Source of the DNA: Heteronotia binoei
Taxonomy: Eukaryota
Direction: 5' to 3'
DNA: 64,000 bases
Assembly: GCF_032191835.1 (NCBI RefSeq)
Contig: NC_083223.1
Coordinates: 252,836,001 to 252,900,000, forward strand
The translations under genes and the position numbers were made by a program. The notes below the pieces were generated by a model. The model searched no databases. It was not told the DNA's origin and was given only the letters and a program-made list of their open reading frames with translations. Of the stretch, positions 1-12,530 are shown one piece after another (within the stretch, counting starts at the first letter, position 1; each line of letters starts with the position of its first letter).

Positions 1-1649
1 AGACTCCTTATTCAGCTAGATCTGCAGTCCCCAACATGCTGTCTGTGGGTGTCACAGTACCTGCTAGCACCTCTCCTGGTGCCTGTCAAGCAGGTGGGGT
101 GAGGTGGGGCTTTTGCCCAGCAAGACCTCTGAGTAGCTGTTAGAGACAGAACTGAGCCAGGTTATGACAGGCCAGCTATGCTTTGCCCTACAACACCCCC
201 TTTTAGCCTATGGACTACACAAACGCTGGCATTCATGCCATGCTCTCAGTAGGCAGCCAGCCCTTCCCCAACTATTGGACTGTGTTACAACTAGTGCGCA
301 TGTCCAGGCCATTCAGCCCTCATGAACTGAAAAGGTGCCAGACCCAGCCAAGCACCTCACAGATGGACTATTGCACTATGGGCAGTTGCTGTCCATAGAA
401 TCACAAGGACCTCGAATTGTGCTTCATCTCATCGCTGCCTAGCTCTACTGCAGATGATTGTAGCTATGTCTATACAGAAGTGGGACAATCAGTAAGCCTG
501 GGAGAAGCCATGAATCTGAGGATTTCCAAAAGGCCTCTGTCTTCCTGTCTGCAGCTGCCATTCTGAAATTGCTCTTCTGACACGTCCTAGATTCCAGAGT
601 CTTTGATTATGCAGTGGCTGCTAACAATGGGACTGTTGCAACACTCACCTACCAACAAAGAGAATCTTCCTATTGGCTATACAGAAAATCACTTCAGTCA
701 ATAGAACATCAATGGATTAATCACTGCACCATAAACCGGATCCTGTCATCAATTTCCTGTCTTTCTCAATCCTTTATTCTCCATGAGGTGTCACCATCAA
801 ATACAATTAGACTCCAAACTGGCCATCATTGTTTATTTGTTTCTCAACCCAGAGTACTCCAAGTTTATTGTCATATTTCCTGGGAACCTTTTAACTGGCA
901 GATAATCCTGTCATGGGACCCTGCCTCAGGTTATGAATTTGGTTATTTAAGGCAGAGCTTTCTGCCATGCAGGGTGCCTCTTTCAGACCTCCACCTTGCT
1001 GAAAGAGTCGCCTCCAATCCTGATCAGTTTGGGCCCATTAATGTGGGTAATGCTGGTCACTGCATGCACCCCCTACCGTTCCCTTCCTCATCACTGCTGG
1101 ATCTTCTTCTCATCTGAGAGAGATGCATCCTGCTCATGCAAATGTCTATTATTTTCCCTCCTATTTTCCTAGCTCTGTATCGTGTGTTGAATATTTGTGT
1201 TTTCCTGTGTACTTGAACTTCCTTAATAAAAACTATTTAGTTTAAATACAATTCTCCTAATTAATGCTTGGGTGCTCCTGCAAGCTCTGACTTCATTATA
1301 CACTGGTTATTGATCCCATAGTAAGTAGTAGGCCATCTTGCCCATCTAACTGAAAATTTCTCCAAAAAACTCTTTTTGAGGCAATTTGGCTAACAAGGCG
1401 AGCTGGAAGAAAGAACTCAGGAGAGAGCTGCTGCAAGGGTTGGTGGGGTTTTTTTTTTTGGGGGGGGGGGGGGTTTGCCTTTCCTAAACTGCTAAATTGC
1501 TGGGAGCCATTAGCTGAGGTTGCTTTGTGAGAAGACAGCATTTGAGAGTGAGTGGGAGCTTGTAGCCTGCTGGAGAGTGGTACTTTTGTCTGGGTTTGTT
1601 TGGTTTGGAGATCACTGAGTAAGGTCTGTTTGCCTGGGGCTGATTGCAA

Positions 1650-2780
1650 ACCCCATTATCTGCAAAAGGAAATCCTGCCTCTCCAACCTTTTGGAGTTCT
1701 TTGAAAAACTGAACAGACATGAAGACAATGGTGTCCCAGTAAACATTATATACCTGGACTTTCAAAAGGCTTCTGACATGGTACCTTGCCAAAGACTCCT
1801 GAGTAAACTTAGCAGACATGTGATAAAACAATGAGTTCTCTTATGGATTAAAAGTGGTTAAATGACAGGAAGCAAAGAACAGGAATCAATGGACAGCTCT
1901 CACAATGGAAGTAAGCAAGCAGTGGGATCCCATAAAGATTGCTAATGTGGCCAGCACCATTTATTCATAAATGATCTGGAACTAGGTGTCAGTAGTGTAG
2001 TGGCCAACTTTGCAGATGACTAAATTATTCAGGATGGTGAAAATCAAGGCTGACTGTGAAGAGCTCCAAGGGGATCTCCACAAACAGGGTGAGTGGGTGA
2101 CAATGTTGCAAATAAAATTCAGTGTTGGTAAGTGTAGGCTGATACACACTGGGACCAAAAATCCCAGATTCAAGTATAGGTGAATGGGGTCTGACCTTGC
2201 TGAGACTGAGAGGGAAAAACATCTTGGGGTCACATTGGAAAGCTCAATGAAAGTGTCAACTCAGTGTGCTGCAGAAGTAAAAAAAGCAAACTCTATGCTA
2301 GGGATTATTAGGAAAGGGACTGAGAATAAAACTGCCAATATTGTAATGCCCCTGTATAGATCTACCGTGCAGCTTCATTTGGAATCCTGTGTACAGCTGG
2401 GGTCACCATATCTTACACAGGACACTGCAGAGCTGGAAAAATACAGAAGAGGGCAACCAAGATGTCTATGAAGCTGGAGCAGCTTCCCTATGAAGAAAGT
2501 CTGAGGAGTTTGAGACTTTTCAGTTTAGAAAAGAGATAGAGGGGAGCGTGATAGAGGTTGATAGAATTAAGCATGGGGAGGAGCTGACAAAAAGAAATTT
2601 GTCTCCTTCTCCCAAAATACTAGAACTTGAGGGCATCCAATGAAGCTGATAGGCTTTGTAAAGATCTTTACTATGTGATTGAAGATACGCTCTGGGGCAG
2701 TGATGTGGCCACTGTGTGACACAGAGTGTTGGACGGACTGGATGGGCCATTGGCCTGATCCAAGTGTCTGCAGGTTCAAA
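1650..2780 (+). mobile_element. CR1 LINE, decayed 3' ORF2 (RT) fragment with 3' tail
   Basis: Frame fragments VYLDFQKA..., KHLGVTLESSMKVSTQCAAEVKKANSMLGIIRKG...YRSTVQLHLE are typical of CR1 ORF2. Ends in a ggactggatgggccattggcctgatcc tail. Boundaries approximate. Confidence 0.85.
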
Positions 2781-3062
2781 AAGGTCGGGGTCTCCTAAGT
2801 TAGATCAATCAGAACATACATTAAAAAAAAGAAAAGTAAAACTGCAGATAACAAGTACCCTCTCAGAAGAGGGATAAGGTGGTGGATGCCATCGCAAAAT
2901 GTCTGCCGTGAGGAGAAGGTGGGAATACACTGTACTTTAAAGAAGTGTTGTGGTTTGTTTGGATGAGTGTGGGACAAAAATGTAATATGTGTTTAAAAAT
3001 TAAAACTAGGAATTGGGGCTGGGTCATGCCCTTAATGTATATTTATGTTCCTGAATTCAGAG

Positions 3063-3445
3063 GAACATAAGAACATAAGAGAAGCCATGTCGGATCAGGC
3101 CAATGACCCATCCAGTCCAATATTCTGTGTAAAAAAAAAACCCAGGTGCCATCAGGAGGTCCATCAGTGGGACCAGGACACTAGAAGCCCTCCCACTGTT
3201 GCCACCACACAAGCACCAAGAATACAGAACATCACTTTCCCAGACAGAATTCCATCAATAGGCTGTGGCTAATAGCCACTGATGGACCTCTGCTCCATAT
3301 GCTTATCCAATCCCCTCTTGAAGCTGTCTATGTCTGTAGCTGCCACCACCTCCTGTGGCAGTGAATTCCACGTGTTAACCACCCTTTGGGTAAAGAAGTA
3401 CTTCCTTTTATCCATTCTAACCTGACTGCGCAGCAATTTCATCAA
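3063..3445 (-). mobile_element. CR1 LINE 3' end
   Basis: (aagaacat)n tail on the plus strand followed by the CR1 3'UTR and ORF2 C-terminus in reverse; same family as 62260-62690. Confidence 0.8.
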
Positions 3446-3747
3446 GGAAATTCTATCAGCCAGACTCTACTGAAATACAGCACAAAACCCACCCTGTTAG
3501 AAATTCCAGATAACTACCGGGGGGGGGGGGGGAGGAAGCGCCAGAGCAAAGATGAGTTCTAGACAAGGGGTGAAGCTTATTTTGAATTAATTATACCTAG
3601 CCACAAATGCCGCACCCTGGAAGCCCACTTCCATAACCTCATGTATGTGTAGACAAATCTAACATTACAGGTAAAGGCTGTTTAAAAGGCTGCCTTAATG
3701 GGTGTCCCAGGTCTTGAAGCAATTTCAACAACAGGTCTGCACTGTAC

Positions 3748-3966
3748 CTCAAAGATTGTTGGGGTATATTCGTCATCAATGGAGCGGAGGGATTCCAGCC
3801 GCTTGTGCTCCTCTCTCTCTTCCACTGTGACGATCTCCAGAGCAAAGCGGGAGTGGTTGCCCCGTGGAGGCACCCCATTCATGACAAAGTTGACCTTGGA
3901 GCAGTTGGCTGTGTGGAAGAGATGGGGGAGGCGGGTGTCACGGCCACTCTCCTCATAAGCCGTCAC
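3748..3966 (-). CDS. GLMP: GLMP coding exon 4 (VTAYEESGRD...SLRSIDDEYTPTIFE)
   Basis: cttcag|GTG acceptor, GAG|gtacag donor, 219 nt, phase 0/0; conserved GLMP SIDDEY(T/A)P motif. Confidence 0.96.
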
Positions 3967-4403
3967 CTGAAGATGGGGAGAATGACACCATGTTGGAAGA
4001 CAATTTGGCAAGTTATTTCCTCACGTATTTCTTTGCTTCTGCTAGCTGTGATGGAGGAATGAGGGGTTATCAAGTGGCAAGTCAGGCCAACCACAGGGAA
4101 CTTTCACCACCTTCAGTTTCCAAAGTTCCTCTGAGAAATGGCCAATGATTCAGGTTTACAGGAATAGATACTTCTCTCTTTTCAGCTCCTCGGCCTCTCA
4201 GTTCCCTACCTCCACCTTCTCCTGACCCACTCATCCTCCTCCTGCTCAGTTCCTGGTATATCAGAAACACTCAGACCCTTTGGGCCTAGCATGAGCTCTT
4301 TGTTTAAAAAAAAACCCCAAAATGCAAGTCGTAGTTGCTTTGCGTATTTCAACAGAAAAGTGAATAAGAAGTATAGGGGGAGGATTATTGGGGCTGACAA
4401 AAC

Positions 4404-4581
4404 CAGGGGTGGAATTCTAGCAGGAGCACCTTTGCATTATCAGGCCACACACCCCTGATGTAGCCAAGAGCTATCCTCCAAGAGCTTACAAAAAAGAGCC
4501 TTGTAAGCTCTTGGAGGATTGACTACATCAGGGGTGTGTGGCCTAATATGCAAAGGAGCTCCTGCTAGAATTCCATCCCTG
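4404..4581. mobile_element. Palindromic hAT-type MITE
   Basis: Near-perfect inverted arms from caggggtggaattctagcaggag to ctcctgctagaattccatccctg; perfect 8-bp TSD GACAAAAC (4396-4403 and 4582-4589). Confidence 0.9.
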
Positions 4582-5069
4582 GACAAAACAGATGTAAACT
4601 GACCATGCAGGGTTGCCAACTGCAGCTTGGGAAATTCCTAGGGACTTGGGGCTGGTCCCTGAAGAGGGGAGAGAGATCAGCAGGGATGTGATGACACTCT
4701 AGGACAAAAAAAAAATACTGTTTCTCTTTCAGAGAGAAACTGATCTCTGTAGTCTAGAGACAATTCCAGGCCTGAGCTTGAGGATGGTAATCCTACTACC
4801 ACATTTCTGCAGCAGTGATAACTTATGTTACTCCTGGATGCATCAGCAGTGTTTTAAAATTGGCTCTTAGTTTCTTCATTACAACCCCCCCCCTTCATTT
4901 AAAGACAAAATGTCTAGTTTATTTGAAGAACTGTACAGATATCACTTTTGGTGAACTCTCTCGTTCTACTTAACCACTATCTCTCATAATACTTTTTTAT
5001 ATGGCTACAGGCAGAAGAGCTCATTTCCACAGCTGAACCTGACAAGTCCAGCACTTGCTACCAGGGTAT

Positions 5070-5275
5070 AGGGTTGCCAGCCTCCAGGTGGGGCCTGGAG
5101 ATCTCCTGCCTTTACAAGTGATTTCCAACTGGCAGAGATCAGCCCCCCTGGAGAAAACGGCTGCTTTGAAGGGTGGACTCTATGGCATTATACCATGCTG
5201 AGGCCCCTCCCCAAACCCAGCCCTCTCCTAGATTCACCCTCAAAGTCTCCAAGCATTTTCCAACACCTGGCAACC
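5070..5275. mobile_element. AGGGTTGCCA...TGGCAACC(C)T MITE family (representative copy)
   Basis: Short inverted termini and a shared internal ctggagatctcc / gactctatggcattat core. Related copies lie near 4610-4800, 5277-5450, 7080-7270, 8450-8630, 14290-14500, 15420-15635, 50380-50630 and 56690-56940. Confidence 0.65.
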
Positions 5276-6143
5276 TTAGTTGCCAGCCTCCTAGCAAGGC
5301 CTAGAGAGCTCCTGGAATTACATCTCATTTCCAGACCACAGAGGTCAATTCCCCCGGAAAAAATACGTAGCTGCTTTGGAGGGTAAACTGTGGCTGAGGT
5401 CCCTCCCCAGGTTCCACTCCCTAAATATCCAGGAAATCCCAACTTTACTTGGTACTATTGCATATACAAAACTGCATAAAGTGATACGTGCATGCAAATT
5501 TATTCTGCTTCTACAGAACCTAGGAAGTAGCAAAGCAGTCCATGAACACTGAATTGCTCTGCTTGCTAATCAGTAGAATTCCTGCTCAGGCATCCTTCTT
5601 GGCTGTGGAGATCCAACAATTTCTGGCCCATTTTTACATCCCTAAGGGCTAGACTGAGCCAACATTCTCAGGATTGTAGATCCAGAGCCTATACCAATTA
5701 CCAAGTACAGACAATCCTGTCTTTGTCCTAGGACAAAGGAAACTCTGCCACTTTCAGCGGCCCCCCAACAAAGAATCCCCACCCCCATACATCACACAGA
5801 CCTGTCACAAACAGTATGTGAAAAAATCAGTGACGTGCGATAACAGATGTGTAACCTCTATGTGCACAGTACTTCCCATACCTACACACATTCTTTTCCT
5901 CACATTTACATCCTGCCTGTCTACCATGAAATTCAGTACAGTGATAAACAAGTGATCAGCCACCCATTTTATCCTCACAACAGCCTGTGAGATGGGTTTG
6001 GCTGTGAGAGACAGAGACAGACGGACACAATGGCCCGCTCAAAGTCAAATCTTCTCCTTCCCCTCAAGGGGGTTGCTGAATATATAGCCATCCTCTCAGT
6101 GTCACCTTGCCCAGCTGTCCCCCTCTGTTGCCCTGCTATTTAC

Positions 6144-6341
6144 CTGGAAAGATATACTGCCATTCCCAAAGGCTTCATGGGGGTTTGAGGAAACACCTTG
6201 AAATGTAGCTGTCAGCATGGTCTCGTTTATCTTACCACCGAGGCTTTCCCAGGTAAAATTGGCCAAATTGTAGGTTGGGTAGAACTCATCCATAGGGACC
6301 TTGAAGAGATCTGACGTGTTGGCACCATTATATTCAAACAC
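6144..6341 (-). CDS. GLMP: GLMP coding exon 3 (VFEYNGANTS...FGNGSISFQ)
   Basis: tttctag|GTG acceptor, CAG|gtaaat donor, 198 nt, phase 0/0; resembles human GLMP LLEFD...TFANGSLAFR. Confidence 0.96.
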
Positions 6342-6749
6342 CTAGAAATACCCACATTAGAAACCTATGAATATATAGCCTTTTCCACATATCAGTTGTT
6401 TAGTAGCTGCCTATGAAAAAAATAAATGGTCTTTTTACCTCCACCAGGCAGCAACACCTTTATTATTATTCAATGCATTTTTATAACTAGGGTCCTCAGG
6501 GTAGCAAGCATGAACACATTAAAACATCTGAACATGAAAACAGCATTTAAAATAAAACAATTAAAACACACACACATAGGCATACAACATTAAGATCAGG
6601 GAGCAGAACAAAACTTGAGTCCAGTGGCACCTTTAAGCCCAACAAAGTTTCATTCAAGTTAGGAGGCCAATAACAGTTATTGATTGGGAATACGCCAAAT
6701 GAAACAAAAGAAGTCTTTGCCCACTGGCAGAAGGCAGCAACACAATAGT

Positions 6750-7025
6750 AGATGATGATATTGGATTTATATCCTGCCCTCCACTCTGAACTTCAGAGCC
6801 TCAGAGCAGCTCACAATCTCCTTTACCTTCCTCCCCCACAACAGACACCCTGTGAGGTGGGTAAGGCTGAGAGGGCTCTCACAGCAGCTGCCCTTTCAAG
6901 GACAACTCCTGCGATAGCTATGGTTAACCCAAGGCCATTCCAGCAGGTGCAAGTGGAGGAATGGGGAATCAAACCCACTTCTCCCAGATAAGAGTTTACA
7001 CACTTAACCACTACACCAAACTGAC
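6750..7025 (-). mobile_element. tRNA-derived SINE with L2-like tail (Squam2-like family)
   Basis: Reverse copy of the family at 16141-16397: tRNA-like head (ggtgtagtggttaag...ggtttgattcccc) and gggcaggatataaatcc tail. Family name from memory. Confidence 0.75.
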
Positions 7026-9111
7026 AGATGAATCTCCCTGGAAGCAGCAGAAGCAGGAGGAGGAGACTGGATTCATACCCCACCCTTCTAGGGCGGCCAG
7101 CTCCAAGTTGGGAAATACCTGGAGATTTGGGGGGCTGGAGCCTGGGGAGAGTGGGGTTTGGAAGGGGACGGAACCGCAGCAAGCTATAATGCCACAGAGT
7201 CCATCTTCTCCAGGTGAGCTGATCTCTATTGCCTGAAGATCAATTATAACCCCAAGAGATTTGCAACCCTATGCCCTTCACTTAAGAGTTTCAGCGCAGC
7301 TTACTATCGCCTTCATTTCCTCTCCCCACAACAACATCCTGTGAGGTAGATGGGGCTGAGAGAGCTCTGAGATAACTGCTCTTGAGAGAACAGCTGAGAG
7401 AACTGTGACTCACCCAAGTTCACTCAGCAGCTGCATAAAGTGCAGTTGTACTGCACTGGAGTTCCAAAGTCTTGGCACCATGATTGAGAAAGCCTGTTCT
7501 TGGGATGTCATCCGTCTAGCAGTGGCAATTGAAGCAGGGCCTCTGAAGGTGACTGGACTGAATAGGTAGGTTCACAGGGGGGAAGACTGTTCTTAAAGTA
7601 TGTTGGCTCCAAGCCCTATATGGCTTTAAATGTCAGCACCAACACCATGAATTGAGTCTGCTAGAAAATGCGCAAGCTCAGACTTTGGCACATCTCCAAA
7701 GTCTCAAAACAGTGAGCAAGAGCTCCTTTGCAGCTACCCTTTGACCCCCACATTTTGCACACAGAGGAATATCGAAAGGATCATAAAGCCAGCTGCTGGT
7801 TGGTGCAGTATATCTTGCAGTCTTGCAGAAAAGAACAAAAAGCCAGAATGACCTGTGAGTCATCTCCCATCAATCATTAGGTAGCTTTATGCAAACTGGT
7901 TTCTCCAACCCATCCTCCCAGTCAATCCCAATCAGTAAGATAATGATTGTAACAAGGCATCCCTTACAGGGACTTTGTAAGAATAACTGACAAAGCATGA
8001 TAAAATTGCACAGGTCCAGTCCAGTATGGTAGGGTAAGAAACTCCAACACTCTAGTAGTAAGCCTGATAACCTCTGGAAGACTTACGCAAAGTGTCAAAG
8101 TGCCAAGACACATTCAAGCAGGTAAGTGTGCAATCCTGTGCACACTCATCCAAAAGTAAATTGAACTGAACCATGCTTCTGAGTAAATATTCACAGGTCA
8201 GATGCAAGAAGCCATTCCCTGATGCAAGAGGCTCTTCAGCTAAAGGAATGGATTTGCAACCCAACTCCTTCAGTATGAGAAATCAAGTGCAAAAGATTGC
8301 ACTCTCTCCAACAAGCAGTAGGTAGGGAGAAAATCTTCTGAGGTCAGAGAGTTTTGGACTCTGCTGCTCTCATTTCACTGATTCCATACCTATCAATGAC
8401 CTGCCACCACAAGCAACTCTCCTCTGCCTGTGCATGAAATATTTCCTGCATTTTCGCAGGCTTGCCAACTTCCAGGTGTAGCCTCCTATAAAAACATCCA
8501 CCCTCCAGACAACAGAGATCGGTTCTCCCGCAGAATAGAGGGTTGACTCTATGGCATTATACCTTCTCCAAACCCTGCCTTTCCCAGGCTTCACCCCAAA
8601 TCTCTAAGAATTTCCCAACTTGGAGCTGGCAGTCCCAGTTTTTTTTCTGGTTCTGTCCTCAGTCTTCAGGGTCCAGAACAGAAAGGATCTTGCACGGAAT
8701 GAAAGAAAATAGGAGCTGTGGATCCCTTCCCTACCAGCTTATTAATCACCAAAGCCATGAGCTCATCCGGAGTACTTATGTGCCCTCAGTTTAGTCATAG
8801 GCCCAGACTTAAGTCTGTGAACTTAACACTACTTCCTGCACCATACTGGGAGCAAATCCTCTCCTCACTTTGTAAAATGAAAACAAACCGCAACACTTCT
8901 TCAAAGTACAGTGTATTCCCACCTTCTCCTCACGGCAGACATTTTGCGATGGCACCCACCACCTTATTTTCCTCAAAGGATAGTGTGTTCACACTTCCGC
9001 CTCGTAAAAGCCATTTTGTGATTGGCCATACCTCCTGGCAGCCATTTTGTGATGGCACCCACCACCCTCTCAAAATTCCAGAAGTGCCTGCAAACTTTCC
9101 ACAAAACGTAC

Positions 9112-9369
9112 CTTGGTGAAGATCACTGCTGTGGAATACAAGACACTGCTGGTGGGTTCAACGTGGATGGCTCCAGAGGAAAACGGAGATAAGAGCTTGG
9201 TCCAGTTCACATGGAGGGTGCTGTTTGGGCTTCCTGTGTACACCAGCAGCACTGTCGGTGCCCCAATGGTGCTCCACACATAATGGATTGTATCATTGTG
9301 GCCCACAGCCTGGATGTGCAAGAGGTTGTTGGCAGAGCTGTTTGAACCAGGGTTGTATTCCAGAGAAAC
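9112..9369 (-). CDS. GLMP: GLMP coding exon 2 (VSLEYNPG...STAVIFTK)
   Basis: ttttcag|GTT acceptor, AAG|gtacgt donor, 258 nt; NLLHIQAVGHNDTIHYVWS matches GLMP NLLHIRAVGTNSTLHYVWS. Confidence 0.97.
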
Positions 9370-9764
9370 CTGAAAAGGACATTTCATGCCAAAGTTTAAT
9401 TCAGCAGCACAAAGATGGACTCCAGTTCTAATATAACAAGCCAGGATTAGGTTAGTTATATCGACTCAACTGGGTTACAGAGAGCAGTTTTGCTGAAAGA
9501 GGGCCACTGGCAGTAGTAGTGGGGAGTCTAGAAGTTCATAAACCCGTTACCCCTTTCTTCATTCTGTTTAAAGTATTTATAGCCTCCTTTTGCAATATTA
9601 AAATAGTAATTTTATGGTTTTTTACATTAAAAATTAAACTCAGCAATACTAAATGTAATAAGTCTGACACCACAAGAAGCTGAACATAACCATCATATGT
9701 AGGGGAGACTGAGAAAAATCCTGTTCTGTTTTGCAACTAAACACCTTAAAACACATTAAGGTGG

Positions 9765-9860
9765 GTAGCTGTGTTGGTCTGAAGCAGCAGAACAAAGTTA
9801 GAGACCAGTGGCACCTTTATAGACCAGCAACTTTTAATTCTGGGTATAAACATTTACACA
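9765..9860 (+). mobile_element. Penelope-like element terminal fragment
   Basis: gtagctgtgttggtctgaagcagcagaacaaag...cagtggcacctt motif recalled from reptile PLE termini. Similar pieces lie at about 6600-6660, 28150-28215, 41725-41775, 46008-46150 (inverted pair), 47670-47745, 53430-53468 and 53750-53800. Confidence 0.55.
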
Positions 9861-10243
9861 TGAAACAAAACCACATTAGTGTTAAAAGGTGCAACTGGAT
9901 TCAAACTTCGTTTCTTAAAGTTTTCCTGCAGGCTTTCATGCTGGCTTGCAGAAAAGATCTAAGAGAACACACAGACTTATAAGGGCACAGAAGGTCACTC
10001 AAGTATCTGGGTGCTAAGCTATTTAGGGCTTAAAAATCCATACTGGCACCCTGAGCTCAGGCAGGAAGCAATCCAAAACGGGTGGGTCCAATCTGAGCAA
10101 TACATTATTTGTGGCAATTTCTTTCATCTGAAGCACTTTTATTTTAGAAAGAAAAAAAAGATGTGAAAAGAGGGAACATTAGCGAGGTTTTTAAAACCAC
10201 ATGTGGTGTGGAGAACACATGTATATTTTCTTTCCACCTAGAA

Positions 10244-10521
10244 CAGGGATGGCCAAACTTGCTTAACGTAAGAGCCACATAGAATAAATGTCAGATGTTT
10301 GAGAGCTGCAAGACATGAATGTCAGATGTTTGGGAGAGGAAGGGGGGAAAAGCAACTAATTTTAAATGTGTTCTCCAAGCAGCCAGCTGGCTTGGCGAAG
10401 TGATTTAAAGAGACAAATGCCTTCTCCAAACTAGCCAACAGGGAAGTGGGGACTTTGAGAGCCACACAGTATGTTTGAAAGAGCCCCATGTGGCTCCCAA
10501 GCTGCAGTTCGGCCACCCCTG
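10244..10521. mobile_element. hAT non-autonomous element, copy 1
   Basis: TIRs CAGGGATGGCCAAAC / GTTCGGCCACCCCTG; perfect 8-bp TSD ACCTAGAA. Confidence 0.92.
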
Positions 10522-12289
10522 ACCTAGAACATTAGAACACCAAATGAAACTGGATAGGTAGAAGCTTCAGACCAAGGAAAGAAACACAGAAAACATTGAA
10601 ACATAGAGCTGGAAGGAACCTCATGGCTCATCAGTTCATATAATGCAGGAAATTCATAGCTACCTCCATCCCCATTCCCCCAGTGACTCCTTCTCTATGT
10701 CCTGAGGACGGCAACAAACCTCCAGGATCCTTGGGCAGGTCTGATCTGCAGGAAAGTTCATTCCTGACCCCAGAGCGGTGACTGGCATTACCTTGGTCAA
10801 ATAGGGCCACAAGAGCTCATTCCTTCCTGCCCTCCCTCTCACAACCTGCCTGAGTTCACAGAATCACCTTTGCTGGCCATTTAGCCTCTGCTTAAAAAAA
10901 AAAACCCAATGAAGAAAGTACTTCACACATAATGACTGCAAAGGATGTGATCACTGGCTTCCCCGGCATTAAAAGAGAAGTGGAGAAATTCATATGATTA
11001 ACACCTCTGCTTTTGAACTGTTCATAAGATTATTAGGTCACCCAGCCTGTTATACTATACCCAGCTGAGGTACCTTGGCACATTTTGATTTTATGAGGGT
11101 TGGATGTATTCTACAGACCACCACCCAAGAATTTTTACCACCCATCTCATATCAAGAGTATGTGTAGAATTTTTTTTAAAAAATGAGCATGTGTGGATCA
11201 CCTTCCAAGAATGTAAGCATGCCTCCAGGATTAGAGACACAGCTGCCAGAACCTAAGGTCAGGTCTAGAAGCCCCTGGTAACTGTCTTTTAGGAACAAGC
11301 ATGGGCACACTCAAAAGATGAACTGAAATTACTTTTGAGCAGTTAAAAGATTTACAAGCTGCATCAAAGGCTCTGAAGACAAAGCAAACTGGTTGAAACC
11401 CCCACCCTCTTTAAGCTTCTAAGAAAAGTGCCCACATCAGCTTTTCGGCTTCTTCCTCTGAAAAAACCAAAGCTGACATACTGCAGAGATGAAACAAACA
11501 AGGAATGTTCACCCCTTGCCAAGTCACCCAGAGAATTTTTATATTGGGCAGGACACTTAAAAAAACCCAACACCATACCCCTGCCTTAGGGTACTATCTC
11601 TAATTTGGATTCAAATTGACAGGAAACAGTCAGATTTAATTTGCTTTCACTAAGAGCCTTACAGGAAGAAATGGGGAAAGCAAACTAAACACAACCACTT
11701 AGAACTACCCTGCTGGATCAGGCCAATGGTCCATCTAGACCAGCATCTCCCCCACCCCCAAGGCCAACTTGATGCCTCCAGACAGTCCAATCAGGACCCC
11801 CAAAATAATCTCTCCCTATCGTTTACTCCATCATTAAGTATTCAGAAGCATATGAATACTGAATATGAACGCTCCCCATTTCACCATAATGGCTAATAGC
11901 TGTTGATAGATCCCTGTGCCTCTCGGAACCTTAAAAAATAAGCCATCCAAGTTCATGGCCATCTCATGGTAGTGAATGTCTCAAATTAAAATTGTGTAAT
12001 TTGTGAAGACACAACTTGTAATTCTGGGTTCAAGGTGGGGAATTATGTTGTGGTGGTGTTTTGGATGACTCTGTTCAACCTTGGCCAGGTGTCCCCTGTA
12101 GGCGCCAAGACACCAAGTGCTTTTTAAAAAGTAGAAAGGGTCAGGGTAAAGCTTTTGCCCAGCCACTGGAAATCAGATTGGCTATGCAGATTTATAAAAC
12201 TTACTTTGGCAGCAACTGCCACCATAGCACAAACATCTTCACCAACTTGGAGAAGGCATTTCTCTCTTTAAATAACTTCGAATCATAGA

Positions 12290-12530
12290 ATCGGAAGAGA
12301 CCTCCAGGGTCATCCAGTCCAATCCCCCACACAATGCAGGAAACCCACAAACTTTCCCCCTAAATCCACAGGATCTTCATTGCTGTCAGATGGCCATCTA
12401 GCCTCTGTTTAAAAACCTCCAAGGAAGGAGAGTCCCCCACCTCTGGAAGAAGCCTGTTCCACTGAGGAATCACTCTAACAGTCAGGAAGTTCTTCCTAAC
12501 GTTGAGCCGGAAACTTGGTTCTCCTAGCCA
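12290..12530 (-). mobile_element. CR1 LINE 3' end
   Basis: Minus-strand FRLNVRKNFLTVRVIPQWNRLLPEVGDSPSLEVFKQRLDGHL is the CR1 ORF2 C-terminus; attctatgattc tail. Confidence 0.88.

Noticed and set aside
614-1117. 167-aa ORF, or missing GLMP exons 5-6, in the first 3.7 kb
   Set aside because: No recognisable protein, and no GLMP exon 5 motif or matching splice sites on the minus strand. The exons probably lie outside the window.
1449-1473. Long T/G homopolymers here and G/C runs at about 3518, 14518, 27316 and 41917 as functional G-quadruplex elements
   Set aside because: Simple low-complexity runs, mostly within repeats, with error-prone lengths.
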